A stretch of DNA of 64,000 nt from assembly GCA_963758635.1 (NCBI GenBank), contig CAVWWD010000008.1:416001-480000 (forward strand), written 5' to 3'. The stretch's first letter is position 1; each line of letters begins with the position of its first letter. Below, piece after piece: positions 41,811 through 52,202 of the stretch. Under the pieces are notes generated by a model that did no database searches, was not told where the DNA came from, and was given only the letters and a program-made list of their open reading frames with translations. Origin of the DNA: an uncultured Candidatus Rokubacteria bacterium. GTDB taxonomy: Bacteria > Methylomirabilota > Methylomirabilia > Rokubacteriales > CSP1-6. The translations under genes and the position numbers were made by a program.

Positions 41811-42965
41811 ATGCGCTTCGCCTTCAGCGAGACGGAGCGGCTCCTCGCCGAGACGGCGCGGCGGGTCGTGGCCCGCGACGTCGAGCCGGTGCTGGCCGCT
41901 CATCCCGCCGACCGTGCCCTCCCCAAGAGCGCGATGCTCGAGCTGTACCGCGCGGTCGCGGGCCTCGGGTACACCGGCGCGCGCATCCCGGAGGCGGAGG
42001 GCGGCGGCGGCCTCACCCACGTGATGCGCGGCCTCCTCGACGAGACCGTGCCGCCCGTGCTCGGCTTCTCGCTGCTCGGCCACGAGAGCACGGCCAAGCG
42101 CATCCACATGAGCGGCACGCCCGAGCAGAAGGCGCGCTTCCTCCCCGACCTCCTCGCCGGCAAGAAGCTCGCGGGCACCGCGGCGAGCGAGCCCAACGTG
42201 GGCTCCGACCCGCGGGGAATCGAGACCACCGCGGTGCTCGACGGCGAGCACTACGTGCTGAACGGCGCCAAGCTCTGGATCACCAACGGGCCCATCATCG
42301 ACGTGGCGCTGGTGGTGGCGTCGCTCGGCCGCGACGCGGCCGGGAAGAACCTCATCACGCGGTTCGTGGTCGACCGGGAGGAGTCGCCGTTCGAGAGGAA
42401 AGAGATCCCGACGGTGGGGCTCGAGCAGGGGCCCCTCGGCGAGCTCCACTTCCGCGACTGCCGCGTGCCGAAGGCCAACATGCTCGGCGAGCCGGGCGAC
42501 GCCCACCGCGCGCTCACGTTCACCTGGCTCGCCAACCGCCCGGGCATCGGCCTGTTCGGCGTGCACCTCATGCAGAAGGCCCTCGACGCCTCGATCGCGT
42601 ACGCCAAGCAGCGCGTGCAGTTCGGCCAGCCCATCGCGCGCTTCCAGCTCGTGCAGGAGATGCTCGCGGAGATGTCCACGTCGATCGACGTGAGCCGGCT
42701 CCTCTGCTACCGCGCGCTGGCGCTCCTCGACGACGGCGTGTGGTGCCACCGGGAGTCGTCGATGGCCAAGGCCTACGCCACCGAGGCGGCGGTGCGGGTC
42801 ACCAACATGGCCATCCAGCTCCACGGCTCCTACGGGCTCACCCGGGAGGCGCCGCTCGAGCGCTGGGCGCGCGACGCCCGGATGCTGACGCTGCCCGACG
42901 GGACCACGCAGATCCACCAGCTCATCATCGGCCGCGAGCTCGTCGGGCTCCGCGCCTTCGCCTGA
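41811..42965 (+). CDS. Acyl-CoA dehydrogenase
   Basis: SEPNVGSD, LNGAKLWITNG, RVQFGQPI, QLHGSYG and DGTTQI. Confidence 0.93.
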   Translation: MRFAFSETERLLAETARRVVARDVEPVLAAHPADRALPKSAMLELYRAVAGLGYTGARIPEAEGGGGLTHVMRGLLDETVPPVLGFSLLGHESTAKRIHMSGTPEQKARFLPDLLAGKKLAGTAASEPNVGSDPRGIETTAVLDGEHYVLNGAKLWITNGPIIDVALVVASLGRDAAGKNLITRFVVDREESPFERKEIPTVGLEQGPLGELHFRDCRVPKANMLGEPGDAHRALTFTWLANRPGIGLFGVHLMQKALDASIAYAKQRVQFGQPIARFQLVQEMLAEMSTSIDVSRLLCYRALALLDDGVWCHRESSMAKAYATEAAVRVTNMAIQLHGSYGLTREAPLERWARDARMLTLPDGTTQIHQLIIGRELVGLRAFA

Positions 42966-42999
42966 GCGCCGCGCCGCGGGCCGCCACGGAGGGCCTCGC

Positions 43000-43530
43000 A
43001 TGTCCACGGACGCGACCGATGGGAGCCGCGCGAGCCTCGAGGCGCGGGTCGCCGAGCTGGAGCGCCGTCTCGCCGTGCTGGAGGCGGGGGAGGGCGTGCG
43101 ACGGACGCTCTCCGACTATGCGCGCGCCCTCGACGAGCGGCGGCCCGACCTCCTCGCCGAGATCTTCACCGAGGACTGCCACCTGGTGACCGTGCCCTGG
43201 GGCGCCGACTCGCAGGGGAAGGGCCGCATGCTCCGCGTGTTCGAGCGCTACTGGGCGCGCTTCGCCAACCCGCGCCGGTACTACGCCAACGAGTCGATCG
43301 CGGTGGACGGCGACACGGCCGCCGCGTTCTCGTACTGGCTGGTCACGCAGGAGGACGGCGACCGCTCGATCATCGGCTGGGGCACCTACGACTGGGCGTT
43401 CCGCCGCGAGGGCGAGCGGTGGCGCATCAGCGAGCTGGTGATCCGCGTGCTGACGATGACGCCGCTCGAGCGCGGCTGGGCGCCACCCCGAGCGCATCAT
43501 GTCGCCGTTTCCGCCACGCGCGACGGATGA
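43000..43530 (+). CDS. SnoaL/NTF2-like protein
   Basis: YARALD...IFTED, G.Y.W.F.R....WRI pattern. Confidence 0.75.
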   Translation: MSTDATDGSRASLEARVAELERRLAVLEAGEGVRRTLSDYARALDERRPDLLAEIFTEDCHLVTVPWGADSQGKGRMLRVFERYWARFANPRRYYANESIAVDGDTAAAFSYWLVTQEDGDRSIIGWGTYDWAFRREGERWRISELVIRVLTMTPLERGWAPPRAHHVAVSATRDG

Positions 43531-43716
43531 GCGGGGACGCTGAGGACCGTGCAGACCTCGTAAATCTCGATGGCCCGGCAGCGCAGATCGCGCCCGAGCG
43601 GGTCGCGCCGCCGGGGCAAGTCGCCGGGGAGGGCGGCCGTGCGCCGACGCCCGGGGCGTCGGTTGACGAAGCGGACACCTTGGTGCCAGAATGGCGCCAG
43701 ATCGGAGGCGATCCGG

Positions 43717-43974
43717 ATGCCCGTCAGCCTGTCCGTCAAGAACGCCCCGGAAGAGATCGTCAAGAGGCTCAAGGAGCGTGCGGCCCGTCACCATCGTTCG
43801 CTCCAGGGTGAGCTCATGGCGATCCTCGAGAGCGCGGCGTACGAGGAGCCCCGTCCGTTGACGCCGCGCGACATCCTGGCGCAGGTGCGCACGGCCGGGA
43901 TCTCCACCCCCGCCAGCGCAGCGCGGATCATCCGCGCGGCGCGAGACGGTCGACGTGTCCGTCGCCGTCGTTGA
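43717..43974 (+). CDS. Arc/FitA-like ribbon-helix-helix antitoxin
   Basis: LSVKN...LKERAARHHRSLQGEL; overlaps the PIN gene. Confidence 0.85.
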   Translation: MPVSLSVKNAPEEIVKRLKERAARHHRSLQGELMAILESAAYEEPRPLTPRDILAQVRTAGISTPASAARIIRAARDGRRVRRRR

Positions 43975-44338
43975 CGCGTCCGCCATCGCCGCGATCCTCT
44001 TCGGCGAGCCGGCGGCGGATGAGGTGGTCGAGCGGCTCGGCGCGAGCGACCTGGCGGCGCCCTCGCTCTTGCCGTATGAGATCGTCAGCGTGGCCAGCGG
44101 CAAGGTGCGGCGTGGTGAGGCATCGGCGGAGACGGCGGAGACGGCCCTGGGAGCGCTCGGCAGGGTGCGAATCGTGCTTCATGAGCCGAACAGTCTGGAG
44201 GTCTTTCGCCTGACCGGCAAGACTCGGCTCACTGCCTACGACGCGGCGTACCTCTGGCTTGCCCAATCGCTCTCAGCAGACCTGGTCACGCTCGACGAGA
44301 AGCTGGCGAGAGCGTGGTCGCGCATCGCGGCGGGCTGA
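43955..44338 (+). CDS. vapC: VapC PIN-domain toxin
   Basis: VVDASA, E, LTAYDAAY and LVTLD acidic tetrad. Confidence 0.9.
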   Translation: MSVAVVDASAIAAILFGEPAADEVVERLGASDLAAPSLLPYEIVSVASGKVRRGEASAETAETALGALGRVRIVLHEPNSLEVFRLTGKTRLTAYDAAYLWLAQSLSADLVTLDEKLARAWSRIAAG

Positions 44339-44452
44339 TCGCGGGCAAGCGGACCAGCCGGGCGGTCGACGCGCGCCCGATCCGCCGGCCCGGCTATACT
44401 TGGCCCGCCGCGGTCCTTGTTGGGCCGCGAGACGACCCCGAGGAGCCGCTCG

Positions 44453-45500
44453 ATGCCACGCGTGTCCGTGTCGCTCCGCGTCCCCGGCACCGCCCCGATG
44501 GCCGACCTGGTCAAGCTCATCCGCGACGTCGAGGCGGGAGGCTTCGACGGGGCCGGCATCCTCGACAGCCAGCTCCTCTGCCGCGACACGTTCGTGACCC
44601 TCGGCCAGGCCGCGTCGGCCACGTCACGGCTGACGCTGTTCCCGGCGGTGACCAACCCGTTCACCCGTCACGTGTCGGTGCTGGCCGGCGCCATGCAGAC
44701 GGTGGAGGAGCTGGCGCCCGGGCGGACCAAGCTCGTGATCGGCACCGGCTACACCTCGGCGAGCACGATCGGGCGCAAGCCCGGGACGCTCGCCGAGATG
44801 CGCGCGTGCATCGCGGGGCTGCGCACGCTGCTCGCCGGCGCAGGCGCTCGACTTCGCGGGCACGTCGGGCCGCCTCGCCTACGGTGGCGGCCGCCGCATC
44901 CCGATCCTCATGGCCGCCTCCGGCCCGAAGGCCATCGAGCTGGCCGGCGAGATCGCCGACGGCGTCATGCTGCTGGTGGGCTTCCACCCCGGGATCGTGG
45001 ACGCGGTGCTCACGACGCTGGAGCGGGGGGCCAGGAAGAGCGGCCGCCGGCTCGAGGACCTCGAGATCGTCTGGGCGGTGCGCACCGGCCTCGCCGCCAC
45101 GACCGCGGAGGCCCGGCGGCAGGCGCGGCCCACCGTCGTCCACCAGGGCATCATGCGGGCCCACTCGCGCTGGATCGACCACACCGGACTTCAGATCCCC
45201 TCGTTCGAGATCCCGCCCGCCGTGTGGAAGATCTATCCGGACCTCTCCCACGCCCACGACTGGGAGGAGGCGATCGCGGCGACCTCGTTCGTGCCCGACG
45301 AGGTGATCGCCCAGCTCTGCGACGCCATGGGGCTGGTGGGCACGCCCGCGGACTGCGCGCGGCGCATCGTGGAGATGACTGGGCGCGGCGTCACGAGCCT
45401 CTACATCATGGCGCTCGAGACGTTCGTGGGCCCGGAGCGCGAGCTGCGCGCGTTCCGCGACGAGATCTTCCCGCGACTGCAGGCCGCCGGCTACCGCTGA
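44453..45500 (+). CDS. LLM (Mer-like) oxidoreductase; apparent frameshift near 44842
   Basis: DSQLL, VTNPFTRH, then AASGPKAIELAGEIADGV in a second frame. Confidence 0.85.
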
Positions 45501-45563
45501 GAACGAGCGCGTGGCCCGAGGTCACGGACACGGGCGCTAGTCGCCGAGTTGCCCGGCGATCGC

Positions 45564-46130
45564 TCAGGACAGGAGATCGTTGCGCGTGAGCCTCAGGTCC
45601 GGGAAGCCTGGGACGGGCGCCGCGTCCGTGCCCTCGAGCGTCCTGCGGGAATCGTAGCGGTCCTCGATCGGCTGCCGGTACACGTCTACACGATCCGCGC
45701 GCAGGTCCACGAGCCAGACCTCGGCCACGCCGGCGCGGGCGTAGAGCGGCAGCTTGACTCGCCGGTCGAGATCCGCGGACGCATCCCCGACCTCGATGAC
45801 GAGCAGGATGTCGGAGGCGCCGGGATGCGCTTCGCGAAACAGCTCCGGGCCGGGGCGAAGCACGGAGATGTCTGGCTGCGGCTCCGAGAGATCCGACAGC
45901 CTGACGGGGTTCTGGACGGACACCACGGCACGGTCACCGACCAGCGCCGTCAGTCGCGTGGCGATGCGTGTGACCTGCCGCGCGTGACGGACCCCGATGG
46001 GCGCCATCTCGATGATCTCCCCGTCGATCAGCTCGACGCGGTCGCTCTCCGAGAGGATGCCGGCCTCACCCATCCGGTGGTACTCGTCGACGGTGAACCG
46101 CCGCGCCCGCGCCCTCAGAAGCGTCGCCAT
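45564..46130 (-). CDS. Uma2/DUF820 family endonuclease
   Basis: FTVDEYHRM, ELIDGEI, EPQPD and KLPLYARAGVAEVWLVD. Confidence 0.9.
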   Translation of the reverse strand: MATLLRARARRFTVDEYHRMGEAGILSESDRVELIDGEIIEMAPIGVRHARQVTRIATRLTALVGDRAVVSVQNPVRLSDLSEPQPDISVLRPGPELFREAHPGASDILLVIEVGDASADLDRRVKLPLYARAGVAEVWLVDLRADRVDVYRQPIEDRYDSRRTLEGTDAAPVPGFPDLRLTRNDLLS

Positions 46131-46230
46131 CGGACTCGATCGCTCGTGAGGCATGCTACGCGCAGAGCATGCGACGTGTCAGCGTGCCTGGCTGGATACA
46201 CCGACTCGGCCGTAGCGCGTCATGGACCTC

Positions 46231-47452
46231 TCAGATCACGCCCTGGGCGCGCAGCGTCGAGAGCTCGGCCTCGCCCAGGCCCAGCCGGCCGTAGACCTCC
46301 GCGTTGTGGGCGCCCGCCAGCGGGGGCGGGGCCGTCGAAGCCCACCGGGTGCTGCGTCAGCTTGATCGGCATGCTCACCGCGCGGCCGCCCGGCACGGGC
46401 CCGTGGGTCGGATGCGCGAGCGGCACGATCATCCCGCGCTCGCGCAGGTGCTCGTCGTCGAGCGCCGCGGCGAGGTCGCGCACGGGCCCGGCGGCCACGT
46501 GGTGCTTCTGGAGCGTCTCGACCGCCTCGTCGGCGGTGCGCCCGCCCACCCACGCCTGGACGAGGGCGTCGATCTCCTCCCGGTGGCTCACGCGGCTCGG
46601 CACGGAGGCGAATCGCGGGTCGGCGGCCAGCTCGGGCCGCCCGAGGGCGGCGACCACGTGACCCCACTCCGCGTCGGTCACCGCGCAGATCGTGACCCAG
46701 CCGTCGCGCGCCTGGTACGTGTTGAAGGGCACGGTGCCGGGATGGCCGTTGCCCCGCCGCTCGAGCGGGATGCCGGCGGCGGCGTACTCGAGCACGTCGG
46801 CCAGGAGGAACAGCGAGCTGTCGAGCATGGCCACGTCCACCCAGTCGCCCCGGCCGGTCCGCGCGCGCGCCTGGAGGGCGGCGAGGACGCCGATCACCCC
46901 GTGGAGCGACGCCGCGGTGTCGCTGATGGACCCGCCGCAGCGCACGGGCGGGCGGTCGGGATAGCCGGTCACGCTGCTCATGCCGCTCATGCTCTGGGCG
47001 ACGGGATCGAACGAGCGCCACTCGCGCCGCGCCCCGTCCTGGCCGAAGCCCGAGATCGAGCACAGGATCAGGCGCGGGTTCAGGGCCTGGAGCGCGGGGA
47101 AGCCGAACCCCATCGTGTCCAGCGTGCCGGGCAGGTAGTTCTCCACGAGCACGTCGGCCTGCGCGAGGAGCCGCCGGAGCAGGTCGGCGCCGGCCGGCGC
47201 GCGCAGGTTGAGCGTGACGTTCTTCTTCCCGCGCATCCGCGTGAGGATCGGCATCGACACGTCGTCCGGCGCCTGACGCGTGCCGTGGATCCCCGCGGCT
47301 CCGGCGAAGGGCGGGCGGTCGCGGTAGGGATCGCCCGACGGCGGCTCGACCTTGATGACCTCCGCGCCGAGGCCGGCGAGGAGGAGCGTGCAGTACGGGC
47401 CGGCCAGGAACCGGCTCAGGTCGACCACGACCACGCCGTCGAGCGGCTTCAC
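46231..47452 (-). CDS. Family III CoA-transferase (CaiB/BaiF); apparent frameshift near 46320
   Basis: DLSRFLAGP, GAEVIKVE, DVLVENY and SISGFGQDG. Confidence 0.9.
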
Positions 47453-47456
47453 GCCG

Positions 47457-47542
47457 CTAATGACCCTTGCAGCATGCGGTAGCGGCCACGGGCCTCTACA
47501 GTCCTACCGCTCGGCATTGGTCTGATGCGCGGGGCTCACTAA
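47457..47542. repeat. 86-bp MITE-like dispersed repeat, copy 4 (inverted relative to transcription)
   Basis: CTAA-TGACCC...GGGCTCA-CTAA; supplies the TAG stop of the CoA ligase. Confidence 0.85.
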
Positions 47543-49083
47543 TTCACCCGCTTCGCGCGGCCGGCCCAGTACGGCTCGCGGAGCTTGAACTTCTGGAGCT
47601 TGCCCGTGGCCGTGCGGGCCAGCGCGTCGCGCACCTCGATGGAGGTGGGGCACTTGAAGTGGGCCAGCCGCGAGCGCGTGAAGTCGATCAGGTCGCGCTC
47701 GGTGGCGGCCTGGCCGGGCCGCAGGACGACGAGGGCCTTGATGGTCTCCCCCCACTTCTCGTCGGGCACGCCGATCACCGCCGCCTCGAGGACGGCGGGA
47801 TGCTGGTACAGGCAGTCCTCCACCTCGATCGAGGACACGTTCTCGCCCCCGGTGATGATGACGTCCTTCTTGCGGTCCGAGATGACGATGTAGGGGCCGT
47901 CCTCCTGGCCGCCGTCGCCGGTGTGGAACCAGCCGCCCTCGAGCGCCTTCGCCGTCTCCTCGGGCTGCGCCCAGTAGCCCTCGAACACGTGGTTGGAGCG
48001 GGCGAGGATCTCGCCCTCCGCGTCCACCGCCATGCGCACGCCCACGGCGGGCACGCCGGCTCGCGACAGGCGGCGCGCGCGCTCGGCGGCGTCCAGGTCC
48101 CGCCACTCCGCGGGCGCGCGGTTGATGGTCAGGAGCGGCGACGTCTCGGTGAGCCCGTAGATCTGGATGAACTCCCAGCCGAGATCGGTCTCCACGCGCT
48201 CGATCGTCTTGGACGGCGGCGGCGCGCCCGCCACCACGATGCGCACGCGGCCGGCGCCGGGCACCGCCTCGCCCCGCCCGCGGCGCGCGGCGGCGGCGTC
48301 CAGCACGGCGGCCACCACCGCGGGGGCGCAGTTGAGCAGCGTCACGCCCTCCGCGTCGATCCGGCGCAGGATCTCTTCCCCGTCGATCTTCCGCACGACG
48401 ATCTGCCGCGCGCCCATCGCGGTGAGGGCGTACGGCATGCCCCAGCCGTTGCAGTGGAACATGGGCAGCGTGTGCAGGTACACGTCGCGGTCGGAGACGC
48501 CCACGTGCCAGCCGAAGGTGACGGCGTTCAGCCAGCACCCGCGATGGGTGAGCTGCACGCCCTTCGGCCGCGCCGTCGTGCCCGACGTGTAGTTGACCGA
48601 GAGCGTGTCGTTCTCGTCGGTGACCCGTCCGCTCGGCCGGGCGTCGCGTCGCATGAAGAGCTGCGCGTCGGTGCCGGCGCCGAGGACGAAGCGGTGCTTC
48701 ACGGGGATGCCGCGCGTCGGCTCGTCCATCTCGGGATCGACCAGGGCCACGGTGGCGCCGGAGTGCTCGAAGATGTAGCGGATCTCCTCGGCGTTGAGCC
48801 GGAAGTTCACGGGGACGAGCACCCGGCCGAACACGCTCACGCCGAAGAGGCTCACCAGGAACCGCGCGGCGTTGGGCGAGACGATGGCCACGCGCTCGCC
48901 CGGCGCCACGCCGAGGTCGTCCAGCGCGGCGGCGAGGCTCCGCGCCATGTCCGCGAACTGCCGGTAGGTGATGCGTCCGAGGCCGCCGCCGGGCGGGCTG
49001 GGCTCGTCGACGATGGCCTGGCGGTCTCCGTACACGAGCTCGGCGCGCTCCAGGAAGTCGGCGAGGGTGAGCGGGACGATCAT
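47539..49083 (-). CDS. AMP-dependent acyl-CoA synthetase
   Basis: YTSGTTARPKGV, PMFHCNGW, YGLTE, FHTGD, DRKKDVIITGGENV and TGKLQK. Confidence 0.95.
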   Translation of the reverse strand: MIVPLTLADFLERAELVYGDRQAIVDEPSPPGGGLGRITYRQFADMARSLAAALDDLGVAPGERVAIVSPNAARFLVSLFGVSVFGRVLVPVNFRLNAEEIRYIFEHSGATVALVDPEMDEPTRGIPVKHRFVLGAGTDAQLFMRRDARPSGRVTDENDTLSVNYTSGTTARPKGVQLTHRGCWLNAVTFGWHVGVSDRDVYLHTLPMFHCNGWGMPYALTAMGARQIVVRKIDGEEILRRIDAEGVTLLNCAPAVVAAVLDAAAARRGRGEAVPGAGRVRIVVAGAPPPSKTIERVETDLGWEFIQIYGLTETSPLLTINRAPAEWRDLDAAERARRLSRAGVPAVGVRMAVDAEGEILARSNHVFEGYWAQPEETAKALEGGWFHTGDGGQEDGPYIVISDRKKDVIITGGENVSSIEVEDCLYQHPAVLEAAVIGVPDEKWGETIKALVVLRPGQAATERDLIDFTRSRLAHFKCPTSIEVRDALARTATGKLQKFKLREPYWAGRAKRVN

Positions 49084-49285
49084 GGCGGTCCTCCGTGTCG
49101 GTGAGGGCTGTCGCGACGAGCGCGGGAGCGCCTCGCGCGGAAAGCATAGCCGATCCCGTCGCTTCCGGGGAGGGATCGTGGACGAATGGCGAGACAGCAC
49201 GCCGCGTGTCCGCAGAATCGCGGTATGGCCCGCCCGCTGAAACCGAAATCCGCGTTCCCTCACACCTCGGACGGTACACTCGCGC

Positions 49286-49876
49286 ATGCGCATCACCCTC
49301 GACGCGGGCGCCTGGGTCGAGCACGAGCCCGCGTGGGTCGCGGCCGGCGAGGAAGCGGAGGTGGCCGACGCGCTGCGCCGGGAGCTCGACTGGGAGCAGC
49401 GCGAGATCGTGCTGTTCGGCCGGCCCGTGCTGCAGCCGCGGCTCATCGCGTGGGCGGGCGAGCTCGGCTACCGCTACTCGGGCCAGACGCTGCCGCCGCG
49501 CCCCTTCACGCCGGCGCTCGCCCCGCTCCTCGCGCGCGTGCAGGCGCGCGTGGGGGCGCCGTTCAACCACGTCCTGCTCAATCGCTACCGCGACGGCGCG
49601 GACAGCATGGGCCTCCACGCCGATGACGAGCCCGAGCTGGGCGCCGACCCCGTGGTGGCCATCCTCTCGCTGGGCGTGGAGCGCCGCTTCGTGGTCCGGC
49701 CCCGCCGCCGGAACCGCGACGCGCCGCGGGCCTTCGCGCTCGGGCATGGTAGCCTCCTCGTCATGGGTGGAACGTGCCAGCGCCACTACGTGCACGGCGT
49801 GCCGCGCGAGCCGCGCGTGACGGGCGAGCGGATCAGCCTGACCTTCCGCCGGCTGCTCCGGGCCCCGGGGGCGTGA
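49286..49876 (+). CDS. AlkB/ALKBH2-3-like 2OG-Fe(II) dioxygenase
   Basis: LLNRYRDG.DSMGLHADDE, H.VP and RISLTFR. Confidence 0.9.
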   Translation: MRITLDAGAWVEHEPAWVAAGEEAEVADALRRELDWEQREIVLFGRPVLQPRLIAWAGELGYRYSGQTLPPRPFTPALAPLLARVQARVGAPFNHVLLNRYRDGADSMGLHADDEPELGADPVVAILSLGVERRFVVRPRRRNRDAPRAFALGHGSLLVMGGTCQRHYVHGVPREPRVTGERISLTFRRLLRAPGA

Positions 49877-50448
49877 TGCGGCGCGCGCGTCTGGCCTCGC
49901 GCGCGCGGGCCGCGCTCGCCGCGTGGCTCGTCGCCGCCACGTTCCTGGGCGCCGCCGCGGCGGGCGGCGCGACCGTCGACGACCTCCTCTTCGACCTCCA
50001 GCTCGCTCCGCTGGACGGCGCGGCGCCGCCCGCGTTCACGCTGGAGGACCTGGACGGGGCGCGGGTGTCGCTCGCGGACTTCAAGGGCCGCGTCGTCCTC
50101 CTCTACTTCTGGGCCGGCTGGTGACCGCACTGCGCGAGGGAGTTTCCCTCCACGATCGAGGCGGTCGTCAAGGAGCACGCCGCCGCCGGCCTCACCGTGC
50201 TCGCCATCAACATCAAGGAGAGCCGCGACACCGTGGCGGCGTGGGTGAAGCAGCGGGGCATCACCGCGCGCGTCCTGCTCGACCCCGAGGCGACGGTGAC
50301 GCGCGCCTATCGCGTGACGCACACGCCCACCGTGGTCCTCGTCGGCCGGGACGGCGCGATGGTCGCGCGCGCGTCCGGCACCCGGGACTGGTCGAAGGAG
50401 ACCGGCCGCTCGCTCTTCCGGCTCCTCCTCGCCGCGCCGGCCCGGTGA
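49876..50448 (+). CDS. Probable selenoprotein: TlpA/ResA-like redoxin with UxxC active site (in-frame TGA at 50122-50124)
   Basis: FKGRVVLLYFWAGW-TGA-PHCAREFP continues in frame into LAINIKE...YRVTHTPTVVLVGRDG. Confidence 0.85.
50123..50166 (+). promoter_or_regulatory. Candidate bacterial SECIS hairpin
   Basis: GAGGGA-GTT-TCCCTC apical stem with a G-initiated loop 17 nt after UGA; outer GACCGC/GCGGTC pairing. Confidence 0.6.
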
Positions 50449-50455
50449 GCGCGCG

Positions 50456-52200
50456 GTGGTGACGCCGGTCGTGGACACGCTCGAGACGGATCTCCTGATC
50501 CTCGGCGCCGGGGGCGCGGGGCTCTGCGCGGCGCTCCACGCCGCCGATCGCGCGCCCGGGCTGTCCGTCACCGTGGTCGTGAAGGGGCTGCTCGGGCGCG
50601 CGGGGTGCACGCGGATGGTGCAGGGGGGCTACAACGCCGTGCTCGCCGCGCCCGACTCCATCGAGGCGCACGTCCTCGACACGCTCAAGGGCGGGGGCTG
50701 GATCAACGACCAGGAGCTGGTGTGGACGCTCGTGAACGAGGCGCCGGGGCGTGTCCTGGAGCTGGAGTCGCGCTACGGCTGCTTCTTCGACCGCCACCCG
50801 GACGGCCGCATCCACCAGAAGCCCTTCGCCGGACAGGTCCACGACCGCACGATCCACAAGGGCGACCTCACCGGCATCGAGATCATGAACCGCCTCACCG
50901 AGCAGGCGTGGGAGCGGCCGTCGATCCGCCCGCTGGAGGAGCATCGCGCCGTCGCGCTCCTCCAGGACGGCGCGGGGCGCGTGGGCGGCGCGCTCGTGCT
51001 GGACCTCCGGAGCGGGCGGCTCGTGGCGGTGAGGAGCCGGGCCACGCTCCTCGCCATGGGCGGCGGGCCCACGATGTACCGGGTGTTCGCGTGCTCGGCC
51101 GACAAGGCCTCGGACGGCATCGCGCTCGCGTTCGCGGCGGGCGCGCCCTTGCGCGACATGGAGATGATCCAGTTCCACCCCACCGGGCTCGTCGTCCCGA
51201 ACTCGCTCATGACCGGGGCGCTCCTCGAGGAGGGGCTCCGCGGCGCCGGCGGCTATCTCCGGAACGGCCGGGGCGAGCGGTTCATGGCGCGCTACGACCC
51301 CGCGCGCATGGAGCGGTCTACGCGCGACCTCGTGGCGCGCGCGGCGTTCGTGGAGGCCCAGGAGGGGCGAGGCACGCCGAACGGCGGCGTGTGGATCGAC
51401 GTGTCGCACCTGGGCGCGGCCGTGGTCGAGCGCGACTTCCGCGGCATGGTCCGGCGCTGCCGCGACTTCGGCCGCGACCTCGCGCGCGAGCCCGTCGAGG
51501 TGGGACCCACGGCGCACTTCATGATGGGCGGCGTGGCGATCGACACCGGCTGCCGCACGCCGATCGAGGGCCTGTTCGCGGCGGGCGAGGACGCGGGCGG
51601 CGTGCACGGCGCCAATCGCCTCGGGGGCAACGGGGTGGCCGACTCCACGGTGTTCGGCGGCATCGCGGGAGACGTCATGGCCGACTGGGTGGTGGGACGC
51701 GCGCATCCCGACGTGCCACGGTCGGCGGTGGACGAGGCGGCGCGACGGGTGCTGGAGCCGCTCGGCGCCCGGGCGGCGGGGAGGATCTCTACGCGCTCCA
51801 GCGGCGCCTGCGCGACGTCATGTGGGAGCAGGTCGGGCTGATTCGCTCGGGCGCCGGGCTCACCGCAGGCCCTCGGCGCCATCGACGAGATCGGCCGAGC
51901 GCGCGCGTCGCGTGCGGGTGTCCGGCGGGCCCGAGTTCAACCTCGCCTGGCAGGACCGGCTCAACCTCGACAACCAGCTCGTCGCGGCGCGGCTCATCGC
52001 GCTGTCCGCGCTGGCGCGGGAGGAGAGCCGGGGCTCCCACTTCAGGTCGGACTTCCCCGAGCCCGCCGCCGCCCCGCTGACCTCCGTGTGGGTGCGGGCC
52101 GGCGGCGCCGGGCCCGTGGTGTGGAGAGAGCCGGTCGCGCTCACGCGCTACCGGCCGGACGCGGCGCCCGGCCGGGGTGACGGTCGAGGTCGGCGACTGA
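50456..52200 (+). CDS. SdhA/FrdA/NadB-family flavoprotein, atypical; apparent frameshifts at about 51770-51900 and near the end
   Basis: GAGGAG, QFHPTG, ERSTRD, AHFMMGG, HGANRLGGN and [14 protein letters not shown]. Confidence 0.85.
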
Positions 52201-52202
52201 GG

